64,000 bases of DNA from Eledone cirrhosa. Taxonomy: Eukaryota. Under the pieces are notes generated by a model that had not been told where the DNA came from, searched no databases, and worked only from the letters and a program-made list of their open reading frames with translations. Both the position numbers and the translations under genes were made by a program. The DNA lies in assembly GCA_964016885.1 (NCBI GenBank), contig OZ024750.1, positions 54,808,001-54,872,000 of the forward strand, read 5' to 3'. This document shows, one piece after another, positions 1-11,936 of the stretch; the stretch's first letter is position 1, and the number at the start of each line of letters is the position of its first letter.

Positions 1-1587
1 AGTTGAAACTGAGAACCACCACCCCTCCTGCTGACCCAAATGTTTACTGAGGACCAGAACACTATTCTCCGCAATATAAGAGAGGAATGCGCTTGCCGGA
101 CTATTGATGACTATAACATCACATTCCAAGGTAATGGCAAAACACAGTGAATGCTAGACATGACCAGAACACCACAACATGCACATCGGAGCAACAGAGA
201 TATAATATCAATAGGCGAATCAATTGAATTTTTTGAGTTGAAATACATATATGTGTCTGTGTGTATCGGACACACGTACACATAAAGAAACTGCTGACCT
301 AAATGTACCTGTCATGCCTGTCTGAATTCCTAAGAGAATTTTCGGTCAGTTACTATCTTGACCGATTAACCCCACAATTACTACGTAGCGGTTCTTGCAC
401 GTGACTGCTGGACCCGGATGAAACGAAGACGAAGAATTTCCTTGCGTACCGTTTTGTACCACAGATGCGATCTCACTCTGCCTCGTTAATGTTCTATCGA
501 CACCAAAGTTCTACGTTCGGGGCAATAGAATTGAATCCAACCACCGACAACATAGTTGGATGACCGATAATCACACCAAACCGGAGTACTGTGATCCTTG
601 TGATTTCAAGATATACAACCACTGACATTGTTACGAAGACCAGAAAATCATACTCCATAATATTGAACCAAGTGATTGATTTGTGCGACCAAAATAACAC
701 CACACACATATTGAACTAGGAATATTGGATCCTCCGTCAATGTCTGGGTGAGCAAAAATAGATTTCTATTTGCATTGGAATTTACGAACTTGTGCACTTG
801 TGCATCTGCTGTGGTGTGAAAAACAAACGCACATGACCGCACAGATAAACAATGGACTATGCCACGTGGCTTGAACCTGTAAGTGAATTGAAGGTTCTGT
901 AACTCTGATATACAGATTATTTATTATTAAGATGTATAAACTTGACATAACTATTATCATCTTATATTCTCTCAACTAATCACATTTGATCATATTTCTC
1001 TATCCCGTTTTCTCCCCCCATAATTATAATATTTTTATTTTTATTCTTACTTGAAAAAATCGGTTTTTTTACATTGTGTTTTCCCCTCCAAATACTCGCT
1101 TATATTTCTTTATATATTCTCTATATATTTTTTTACATATATATTTTTTATCTTTATTATTTTCACTTTTATCCTCCTTTATATTTTACCTTATTCTTAC
1201 TTTTATACCTAATTATAGTGTAATCTTCCCCATACCTTATTATACATTATTAATTATAGATTATTATTATTACTCTTTTTCCATTTTTAATTACCTCATG
1301 TACTTTCTCCTTCGTTATATATACATATATATTGTATGCCCTTTGTGTTTGTGTAGCCTCTGCACACCCTCTGCACCATACTATCGACGCCACCCCATCT
1401 ATAGTTCAGCTAACCACTCGACTCCCGGTAATGAATATGACCGCAGCTAGTAAACAAGGACCCACACCCACCCTCCCGCACCAAAATTAGACTTATCGTC
1501 CCCTACTTTTGCTCTTTACTCTCTTTACTCTTTGTTCTTGAATGTTTGGTTGGTAGAGTCCATAACACCAATCAAAGCCCTTTTATA

Positions 1588-1632
1588 GCTCTGACGAATC
1601 CTACGGTTACGTAAGGAAGAAACATTGTAAGC
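1588..1632 (+). ncRNA. Minimal type I hammerhead ribozyme motif (degenerate), Penelope-like terminus
   Basis: gct-CTGACGA-a-tcctacg/cgta-agga stem II-a-GAAAC-att-GTA-agc, followed by AATAAA and (TA)n. Stem II closing pair is an A-A mismatch. Confidence 0.6.
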
Positions 1633-1674
1633 CAATAAAAATCTTTTGATGTTGTAGACGCTCTTGTGTTCTTT

Positions 1675-1677
<3 letters not shown>

Positions 1678-1712
<35 letters not shown>
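1678..1712. repeat. (TA)n microsatellite between two tail-to-tail HHR-bearing termini
   Basis: Direct reading. Confidence 0.95.
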
Positions 1713-1714
<2 letters not shown>

Positions 1715-1752
1715 AGGAAACGAAAAATCAGTGCTGCATCTGGACTTTATTT

Positions 1753-1842
1753 CGTGTTACACATGTTTCACCGTCATGAGCTCGAGTCATGGTCCTTGTA
1801 TGGATCTGGCTGATTCTACTTCTGCAGGTTCTTTCAGACACG
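1753..1842 (-). ncRNA. Type I hammerhead ribozyme motif with long stem II insert
   Basis: Minus strand: cgtgt-CTGAAAGA-acc...ggt-GAAAC-atgt-GTA-acacg, then AATAAA. 5-bp stem I, palindromic ACATGT stem III, one extra core nucleotide. Confidence 0.65.
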
Positions 1843-2342
1843 TCTGTTATGTCCGGAGCAAATGTTATCACTGGTGTGTTGTTATCAAAACAACCCCTCA
1901 AAAAACCCTCTTTCCACTCTTGTCATGCCAATGGCTGTTTTTACTCCACGTCATCACAAGTTCTGGTCAGTATCTGCTGCCACACGGTTCAGCAACTATT
2001 TTCCGTCCGACATATTTCAATGGAGTCATGCTGTGTTCAGTACCTCATGCGTCTGCTCACACTTCAGAGTAAGCACCTACACATACTAGAATAAACACAT
2101 AGTAACACACACATATATATACTCAGACATACACCTATCTATGCATTCACACTCGTACGTCTACAGGCTCAGACGCCCACACCGCCACATACATACATCA
2201 CAGTATATATACTTACACACCCTCTCTCCCCCTCTCCCATGGGCCCAGTCACACCCACTCGTTGATACATGCCGCCACGGGCCTTCTCACTGTTCTGTAT
2301 CAATTGGGTAAGCATGTCATATTCAAACGTACACATACATAC

Positions 2343-3409
2343 ACCAGATAGAAAAATGCGTACAGCAAAAAAAAAGTAATATTGTTGGAATATAAACCTT
2401 TAAAAATACAGGACAAGAAACTAAAATAAAACTTTAAAAGAATAGGACAAGAAACTAAGATAAAACTTTAAAAGAATAGGACAAGAAACTCAGATAAAAC
2501 TTTAAAGAATTGGACAAGAAATAAAAAAATTTACAATAATATTAGTGGCAAAATTTTTATTGGTAAAAAATCGAGTTCCACATTCATAGGCTCTGGGTTC
2601 CACATTCAGAGGTCGTCGTCAGACCGGGGGGGGATCATTTGATCCTGGTTTGAACACCAATTGGGCCATACCATACCCCTATTTCATCATTCGGCGACAC
2701 GCCTCATGTGTCATGCATAATGTGAATGGGCCCATGAGCACAGATCTTGAGCAGCAGCTGACGGTCTTGTCGTCCCGCTCATCCTTGATCTTGACCAACC
2801 CGTCCATCTTCTCCTTGCATCTTGTCTTTGAGTTCAAGTCCGGCAGTCCAGATGAATGCGTGCCACAGCTTTCTGGTACAGGAAGGGGGAGCAGGAGGAC
2901 TGGAGGGAGGACCGGTGGTTGAGGGAGGTGCCGTAGTCGGTGGTCAGAGTCGACATCTTGTCCCGGTCGTCTTCTCCATCTTCGTCTGGTGTTGCGGGAC
3001 CAGAAGTGCATTCTTGGAGGAGACCTGCAGCTGCATCGGCCAATTCTTCTTGCAATGGTCATTCTGACGGAGCAGAACTGCTCAGGCAACCAACCCCAAC
3101 CAGAACCAATCACTCAGGGGCAATGCACAATGAGAGCATGACAATTATTATGCACTAATCAAGAAGATACTGGGGCATAGCACAGGAAACGAATAAAAAA
3201 AATTGCCACTAATATTATTGTAAAATTTTTTATTTCTTGTCCAATTCTTTAAAGTTTTATCTTAGTTTCTTGTCCTATTCTTTTAAAGTTTTATCTTAGT
3301 TTCTTGTCCAATTCTTTAAAGTTTTATTTTAGTTTCTTGTCCTGTATTTTTAAAGGTTTATATTCCAACAATATTACTTTTTTTTGCTGTACGCATTTTT
3401 CTATCTGGT
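2343..3409. repeat. Long inverted repeat (about 215-bp arms with internal tandem subrepeats) around a GC-richer 630-bp core
   Basis: 2343-~2560 is the reverse complement of ~3193-3409. Confidence 0.9.
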
Positions 3410-3682
3410 CTACTATTTTTTAAGGCAATGCAAGCAACAACTATCTAATAATTAAACGATCATAGTGAATTACTGACAAGTGATTGACATTTTAAAGTTC
3501 TTTTGAGTATAATTGCAATCTAGTTGAGGCAACTGGCTTAATGACAAAGCTAGTAAATCATGAATGCATTTGAGATGATTAGTGCATAATAGTGAATTGG
3601 TGAAACTTGTGCATTTCAATGGTGTTACAACAATAGATGTAAGTTATATAGTAGTAATACTTTATCATTTTAACTTTTTAGA

Positions 3683-4042
3683 ATGGACAAAAACCCATGC
3701 AAAGAAATGACTTTGACTGCAGTGATTCTCTCCAATTTACTTACAAAGAAAAACGTGGTCAAATACCTTATCATCTCTGATAAAATGCCCATTGAATCAC
3801 TGAAAATCGGATGCATGGAATTCCTCATAAAATGCACCTATGAATCGGAAGCCATCACATATATCAATGGATATAGGGAGTTGTTCACACTGGAAGACCA
3901 TCACTTCATTTGTGACTTCATCAGTTATCTCCACGATTATCTCAGACACCCAATGCCATTGATAAGAGGTGATCCAATGTGTGAGCATGTAACTAATCTT
4001 ATAGAAGTTGTTATCGACCACCTGGCTTTTAGTGACATTTGA
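3683..4042 (+). CDS. Unknown 119-aa ORF, antisense to the helicase; preceded by a possible mini-intron (GTAAGT at ~3639 ... tttttag at 3681)
   Basis: Open frame, largely retained in the duplicate at 9249-9506; no recognised domain. Confidence 0.4.
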   Translation: MDKNPCKEMTLTAVILSNLLTKKNVVKYLIISDKMPIESLKIGCMEFLIKCTYESEAITYINGYRELFTLEDHHFICDFISYLHDYLRHPMPLIRGDPMCEHVTNLIEVVIDHLAFSDI

Positions 4043-4203
4043 CTGATTTGACTGATAATGATGTATTTTTAAAAAGTATGTGTACATTCTTGTTACTATT
4101 TTAAGGCAATGCAAGCAACAACTATTTAATAAAATGTGTGCATTACTAGTATGATGACATTTTATTAAGTCACAAAATTAGTCAGTCAGCCATAGAACAA
4201 GTA

Positions 4204-4665
4204 TCAGGTGGCAAAAACATTGGCAAAAATTTGTGTCAATTTAAGATTTCCAACATTGTTCAAATGAATCATATCTGGTTTGAAGTCAGATTTGTCAAAT
4301 TTTGACCAATTTTCAATGTTGTGAAGATTGGGCAAGTTCAATTTTTGAATCATTTCTTTCATGCAGTAATTAAACTTTTCCAAACGAGAATATCTCTTGC
4401 CCAAGTCATTTTTATTTTCAATTACACTTTGTGGACGTGGAATGACACCACTGTAGAAAATGGGTGTACAGTGGTGCTTTTCCGCTATTTTCTGTAGCCT
4501 TGCAAAGAAACTCTTCCCCTGTTTTTCCGGTTTTGTGCATCGAATGGGCACTTTGTCCTTAATTTACAAATAAATGATTAATAAAAAATACTTGGGCAAA
4601 AATTATTGTATTACTTTGCACAGCTTTGTAGTGCCAACGGTGCGACGAGGATTCAGATCATTAGA
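4204..4665 (-). pseudogene. SGNH/GDSL hydrolase, 5'-truncated, one 57-nt intron (4558-4614)
   Basis: Block III SNDL splices in frame (GT..AG) to FYSGVIPRP and block V DMIHLNNVG. Confidence 0.75.
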
Positions 4666-5044
4666 GCATGTAACTAATCTTATAGAAGTTGTTATCGACC
4701 ACCTGGCTTTTAGTGACATTTGACTGATTTGGCAGACAACAGATACATTGGATAGACCTACTGCATACTTCGGCACTATCCTCTGACACTGTAGCTTGAC
4801 AAATGTAACAAATTTCCTGTAGTACTACATATAAATGAAAAATTGCTCATGTTACAAAACAACAGTTACATTGGACAGACCTACTGCATATGTCGGCACT
4901 GTCCTCTGACACAGTTGCTTGACAAATGAAACAAATTTTTCATATAGTAGTACAGATTTTTATACTCTATATTATTTTAATGTCTAATAGAGTTCACTTG
5001 GATGTGTAGGACAGAGCATTCTGGAGTGATATTGGACCTATAGT

Positions 5045-6834
5045 TTTTTTAAAAAAAGTAAAACAATATTTGGCAATTTAGGTGGAAATTTTGGGTGCCT
5101 TTTGGTTTTGCACGTGTCACTAATTTCATCCCATTTGTCACCATCTGTGTGAATTAAACAAATGTAATGACCTCCTTATGTGGAACCTAATGTGTGAACA
5201 ATTGCTGATTGAAGTTGGAAATTGGTATAAAAAAACTGCTGACGTTTTGAACTGAAATTCAATAAATCACAATGTATTTGAGTTTCTTGACCACTGGTTA
5301 TGAGGAATCGGTTGATTGATACTACAAGGTAGTGCATTGTGGGTGGGAAATCTCTCCTGATGGTTGTTTTGTGCTCTGTATTGGTGGTGCAGGTGTCACA
5401 TTGTTTTATTATGGTGTCATTTGATATAAGTAAAGTACGGAACTGTTGAGGGCCTTGAATAGGATGCAATGTCAAGTCTGATTTAATTTCTGGTGTTTTG
5501 TGAGTTTCGAGTCCACATCCAGGTCTATGTGTGCAAGTACAAATTTGATCATTCAAACGTGGGCATTCATTTTCATGACTTTTAGTCCATCTTAGTGTTC
5601 CATTCACTTGAAATTGGAATATTTGCTGTGCATTTGGTGGAAAATGTGGGTAGATATTTTTCCAAAAATCATGGGCACATTGCTGAGCACCATCCTTAAA
5701 TCTCCCCCCAATTAATCTTCGCAGAATTGAAACATCCCGATCCCCTGGTGTGACAATATTTGCTATTTCCTGAACAACTGGACTGAGTAATTTGGTAGAC
5801 AACAAAGTTTCCCAAAGTTTGGGCAATAGCTTGAAGTGTGGAATTGGCAAAACAGGCATTTTCCTTATTTTGTAGTCTAATCATGGGAGTGAGCATGGAA
5901 ATTGTAGCTAATTTAAGTTTTTTGGTAGGAGGAGCATATTCAGAAGGGTTGTCCACATTCAACATTCGCCATGATCGTTTTTTTGGTATGCAAGATTCAG
6001 AAGCCATGCATGGTGGTTTATTTCTACATGGTCCAAGTGGAGGCAATTTTGTTGTAGAACGCAATTTGTTGTACTCTTCCCAAGCAGATTTGTCACACAT
6101 GATCAGGGTTCGTGGGTCAAAATCTATCAAATAGACATTGCAGAGTTTCCTAGCTCGTGAAAGTGCAACATAGGCCATTCCATCTGTGAACAACAGAGGA
6201 CCAAGATCAGCAATGACCCCATCAACACTTATTCCCTGTGATTTATGGATGGTGATGGCATAGGCAAGGCTTAGGGGGAACTGTTTTCGTGTCACATACA
6301 CACCAGGAGAGATTTCATAGTCTGCAGTCACCTTTTCTATTGAAATGTCATTGCCTATCATGTGATCAAATTCCACAATGATTTGTCCCATTTTCCCATC
6401 TTTTCCATTGACCATGCTTTGCACTGTTCCCATGACACCATTACATAGCCCCTTCACCAAATTAATGTTTCGTCTCAGCATTACTCTGGCCCCAACTCCA
6501 ACTTGCAATTCAGTCTCAAGTTCAGCAGTGTCTGATGCCTTTTTTGGTTTGGAAAATTTGTTTGACTTTGACTTTTTTTACAACCTTTCTGGCGCATTCT
6601 TGAGTCCTCAGCAATAACTACAACTGTACTGATGTTGGCATGCTTAAGCATTTCCTTGTTGAATTCATCTACAGATTCATTGACAGGCAAAATACAGACA
6701 AATTTTTGACTAGCTAATGTGCAAAGTTGCATTAGTTTCTCAGTTGCCTCTCTCATTGTTGCCCTGCGATCTGGGAATAGGCAATATTCACTCAAAGTCT
6801 TGATGTCCAATTTGATGGGGGACCAAATTTGCAC
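5045..6834 (-). pseudogene. PIF1-family helicase C-terminal half fused to a USP (peptidase C19) domain; frameshifts and a stop
   Basis: VGARVMLRRN..GLCNG, QFPLSLAYAITIHKSQG, AYVALSR; in-frame Cys box LQNKENACFANSTLQ; QQCAHDF; His box AIVHTLGST*GGHYICL..W.EISD. Confidence 0.85.
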
Positions 6835-6889
6835 AATCTAGCTAAAGTCAGAAGTTCTGTACATTTTCTGCCATCAAAATCTTCCTGGT

Positions 6890-7215
6890 CACTTTGCTCA
6901 CCCCCCTCTTTTTGTGCACCTGTCTCACTTTGCTCACCTCCATCAGTTGGCTCATCTACCCCTCTTTGTGGACATTCACTTTGCTCACCTCCATCAGTTG
7001 GCTCATCTACTCCTCTTTGTGGACATTTCTCACTTGGCTCATCCCCCCCTCTTTGTGCACCTCCCTCACTTAGCTCATCTCCCCCTCTTTGCTTGCCTTC
7101 CTCATTTGGCTCATCTCCCCCTCTTTGTGCACCTGTCTCACTTGGCTCATTCCCCCCCCCCCCCTCTTTGTGCACATTTCTCACTTTGCTCACCTCCCTC
7201 ACTTGGCTCATCACC
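6890..7215 (-). repeat. About 39-bp coding-like tandem repeat (GGDEPSEGGAQR type)
   Basis: Repeated cacttggctcatctccccctctttgtgc units. Confidence 0.85.
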
Positions 7216-8291
7216 ATCTTTACACCTGCACTCATTTGTTGGACAGTCATCAGTCAGAAAATTGTGGTTTTCAAGTTCTGTTAGAGGAAAATAATCAACT
7301 GTACTTTTTAGGAATAGAAAGTGTTCATTTGTGAAAGTATGGTAAAATATTTCCCCCCAGTATGCAGTCAACCCCTCCTTCTTAGCTAATTTGATGTGTG
7401 CATAAACTGAAGCCATTGTTTTTTTCAATTCATTAAACATGAAATTTCGAATTCCCTGTGCTTCTCTGTAGATTTTGGAAACTTTTTCAAGGCCCTGCTT
7501 GAATTTCTTCCTATACTGTGTCCAATTTTTTTTTTTTTTTTTCGAAGCCAAATATGATTTTGTGAATTTGTGTAACATGATTTCCCTTTGCATGCGAATG
7601 TCTTTAAATCGTTGAATTCGTTTTTTTCTGTACAAAAATTTGTGTTTTTGTTGTATCAACCGTCCATTTGTAAAATAATAATGTGAAAAATATATGGCAT
7701 CTTTTTCTTTTCCTTCTTCTCCTGTTCTCAATCTGTGTGCTTTTTGATACAATGCCTGTTGACGTTTGCCCTCATCGCCTGCTCTCACTCTGTGCTCTTT
7801 TTGATTCAATGCATGCTGATTTTTGCCCTCAGTCTGCGCACTTTTTGATACGATGCCTCTTGACTTTTGCCCTCATCGCCTCTTCTCAGTCTATATGCTT
7901 TTTGCCATGCCTTATTTTTAAATTTTGCTTCGTCTGATTGTCTTTTTTCTCTTATTTCTGCAGCTTTCCGTTGTCTGTACTCCCTATTCCTAATTGCAGT
8001 TTTTCTCCGTTTTTCATTCTCTTTATCAATGTTTTGATCTTTGTCAGTCTCATTGAATTCAAATTCAGGTCCAGGATTTAATTCGACACAACCGATTATG
8101 AGTAATGATAAGATTAACGCGCGCGTTCTATATTTCTGATTGGAAATAGGATAATTTCGTTTTTTGAATTTGTAAAAACTGGCATGAATGTGAATTTGAT
8201 CAGTCCAATTGCCCGATTTTAGTGAAAGGTATTGATTCGAAATGGAAATACTCCATTTCTGTGCCATGGAAAAACTGAATAAGCTGAGCAA
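7147..8291 (-). pseudogene. N-terminal region of the element's ORF: 2A-like motif, then basic 19-aa repeats (QKxxRLRxGDEGK)
   Basis: ORFs 7806-8291 and 7147-7809 overlap at a frameshift and share the repeat. Confidence 0.6.
8067..8105 (-). other. 2A-like (StopGo) peptide motif LLIIGCVELNPGP
   Basis: Matches hydrophobic-G-D(V/I)ExNPGP except D->C. Confidence 0.7.
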
Positions 8292-9228
8292 AATTCTATA
8301 TCCAGAGAAATTCTTTTTTTTTTTTTAATTCTTTTTTTTTTTGTTTTTATCAAACTATGCTCGCAATAATAATTTTCAATCCAAAAGAGAATTTTTTTGT
8401 TAAACGTCGAAAAAACTCTTTCTTTTGTGTAGTATTTTTGTGTTCGTCTGTATGCGTGAGTTACTTGTGTTACCATGAAAGTTATAACAGAAATATTGTG
8501 TAGGTTGCGTGCTTCAACAAATGGAATATTATGAATTTTATGGACTTACGCTAAGCGAGTCTAGAAACCCGATTCGAATATTCCAAATGTTAAGCCACTC
8601 CACATTTCCGTTAAAACGACTGGCGAATTCAAATAGGCTGCGTTTTCATACTTAATCGTCGAGGGTCACAAATTTAGTGTAGATATATTGTCACCAATTT
8701 GGTTTAGGTATAAATTCGAATTTAGCGGAGAAGAATATTTAGAGAGTTGTTGTGTTGTTGCCACGAGGAACCAGGTTTGGTAGAAAGATACGATAGGAAT
8801 ATCGACAACGAATTTTAGCTTGTTTTTACATTATTTATTAATAAAGGTTAAGAAGTGAATTAAGATGGCATGCCAAGAATAATGAAATAATTCAATTAAG
8901 ATTACAAGAGAAAATACGGGCGACTGGCTGAAGGCGTTTGGTCAGGCTCGTAGGTAATGTTTTGTCGTTACATATTGTTTGTGCTTACGGAGCAAAAGAA
9001 CAAGTGTTGTTTATCTTAACACGGTCTAGTGATAGCGTCCTCAAATCTTTGCGGGCTATTTCTCCCTCCGAACGTGTAGGGATACATCCTCTTCTACTGG
9101 CGCTGATTGGCTGAGCTGAGCCAAATCACGCACAGAGAATGTATGTGAGCCCGCGGAATGTAGGTCACTACACCTGGTATATGAAGAGCAACCGATACGA
9201 TCGGTCTTGAAGAAGAATGAAGAATGAA

Positions 9229-9850
9229 ACCTTATCATCTCTGATAAAATGCCCATTGAATCACTGAAAATCGGATGCATGGAATTAATCATAAAATGCA
9301 CCTATGAATCGGAAGCCATCACATATTTCAATGGATATAGGGAGTTGTTCACACTGGAAGACCATCACTTCATTTGTGACTTCATCAGTTATCTCCACGA
9401 TTATCTCAGACACCCAATGCCATTGATGAGAGGTGATCCAATGTGTGAGCATGTAACTAATCTTATAGAAGATGTTATCGACCACCTGGCTTTTAGTGAC
9501 ATTTGACTGATTTGACTGATAATGATGTATTTTTAAAAAGTATGTGTACATTCTTGTTACTATTTTAAGGCAATGCAAGCAACAACTATTTAATAAAATG
9601 TGTGCATTACTAGTATGATGACATTTTATTAAGTCACAAAATTAGTCAGTCAACCATAGAACAAGTATCAGGTGGCAAAAACATTGGCAAAAATTTGTGT
9701 CAATTTAAGATTTCCAACATTGTTCAAATGAATCATATGTGGTTTGAAGCCAGATTTGTCAAATTTTGACCAATTTTCAATGTTGTGAAGATTGGGCAAG
9801 TTCAATTTTTGAATCATTTCTTTCATGCAGTAATTAAACTTTTCCAAACG
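9229..9850 (+). repeat. About 620-bp direct repeat of 3765-4386
   Basis: Near-identical sequence, including most of the 119-aa ORF and the SGNH 3' end. Confidence 0.95.
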
Positions 9851-10095
9851 TCGTCATTTCTGGATTACCTCCCCTAGCGTCACGCTTACTACTCACTCAC
9901 TTGAACACGAGATTTATCAGCAAACTTTGATTATAAACTTTTTCCCGCTGGACCAAATTTCTAGATTTTTAAGCCAAAAGATGCGTAATGATCTACTGTT
10001 CATGCTCATATAAGTTTTATCTCAGTTAAATAAAGTAGAGCCGCGCTGTACTGTCGTCGTCCCTTTAGGACTAAACGGACTACCGCCCGTTTAGG

Positions 10096-11525
10096 ATATG
10101 GCGACGTACACAAATATACATATACACACATACATACATACATATATGGCGACGTACACAAATATACATATACACACATACATATATATATGGCGACGTA
10201 CACAAATATACACACATACATACAGATATGGCGACGTACACAAATATACATATACACATACATACACACATATATGGCGACATACACAAATATACATATA
10301 CACACATACACACATACATACATATATCGCGACATAAACAAATATACATATACACACATACATACTGCATATATGGCGACGTACACAAATATACATATAC
10401 AAAGTGGACGTGTAGGCGCCACGAAGAAGCACCCAGCACTCACTGTAAATGAGGTTGGTGTTAGGAAGGGCATCCAGCTGTAGAAATCAAGCCAGATCAG
10501 TTCCTGTATGAGCAAGGCATGGTCAGCCGACCAGACACTGCCCACAACAGGACAACCCGTCTAACCCATGCTAGCGTGGAAGAACGGACGTAAAACGGTG
10601 ATGATAATGATGATGATGATGACATACATACATACATATATGGCGACGTACACAAATATACATATACACATACATACATATATATATGGCGACGTACACA
10701 AATATACATATACACACATACATACATATATGACGACGTACACAAATATACATACACACATACATACATATATGGCGACGTACACAAATATACATATACA
10801 CACATACATACATATATGGCGACGTACACAAATATACATACACACATACATACATATATGGCGACGTACACAAATATACATATACACATACATACATATA
10901 TGGCGACGTACACAAATATACATATACACACATACATACATACATACATATATGGCGACGTACACAAATATACATATACACACATACATGCATATATATA
11001 TGGCGACGTATACAAATATACATATACACACATACATACATATATGGCGACGTACACAAATATACATACACACACATACATACATATATGGCGACGTACA
11101 CAAATATACATACACACATACATACATATATGGCGACGTACACAAATACACACATACACACATACATACATATATGGCGACGTACACAAATATACATATA
11201 CACACATACATACATATATGGCGACGTACACAAATATACATATACACACATACATACATATATGGCAACGTACACAAATATACATATACACAAATACATA
11301 CATGCATATATGGAGACGTACACAAATATACATATACACACATACATACATACATATATGGCAACGTACACAAATATACATATACACACATACATACATA
11401 TATGGCGACGTACACAAATATACATATACACACATACATGGCGACGTACACAAATATACATATACACACATATACACACATACATACATACATATATGGC
11501 GACGTACACAAATATACATATACAT
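10096..11525. repeat. Minisatellite, about 42-50-bp unit with core atatggcgacgtacacaaatatac
   Basis: Many tandem units; explains the spurious Y/I/H/T-rich ORFs. Confidence 0.97.
10402..10622 (+). mobile_element. 5'-truncated RTE LINE 3' end with (GAT)n tail
   Basis: Near-identical to 46843-47058. Confidence 0.92.
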
Positions 11526-11936
11526 GGTGGCTGCCAACTCGTTTTCGAGTACGGCCACTACTTTATATCCATGTAGGAGAACCCCTACCGATGCGCTGAA
11601 CGAGTGTGACTTTTTAGTCCAGCCAGCGACTTGAAAACTCTGGTACAAACACTACACTTGGGACAATTATTGACACATAGTGCCGGGCCCATGGTACCAT
11701 GTGACGACAAGTGCAGACTGATCTCCAGATATAAACCAATGTCTGTGCAGTGAAGCTTTTATAGTGAGCAAAGGCACTGTACAAAGCCAGTCCCACTCTC
11801 TTAACCAAGATGATATTTACCAAAAAGTAGAACAAGTCAACATCATTGGATATCATCAGAGTTACAGGTGTTATATCAGAGTTTTCCTTCTAGAATTCTG
11901 CCTTGACAAAGGCTAAGGGGTCATCTCTCCCGGTGA

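Larger units (their letters stand above)
2343..11570 (-). mobile_element. Internally deleted Helitron2/Helentron-like element with cargo ORFs (ends uncertain)
   Basis: PIF1 C-terminal motifs of HLE2 style, USP and SGNH cargo, 2A-like leader. A hairpin at 11526-11562 followed (minus strand) by a microsatellite-rich block resembles HINE/DINE-type 5' ends. Confidence 0.55.

Noticed and set aside
586-770. Possible GIY-YIG C-terminus (QVIDLC...EYWILR) upstream of the first HHR
   Set aside because: Too degenerate; no GIY/YIG motif seen
10080-11648. Long ORFs and CRISPR-like periodicity
   Set aside because: Spacers are near-identical microsatellite, there are no cas genes, and the context is eukaryotic; the ORFs are stop-free artefacts
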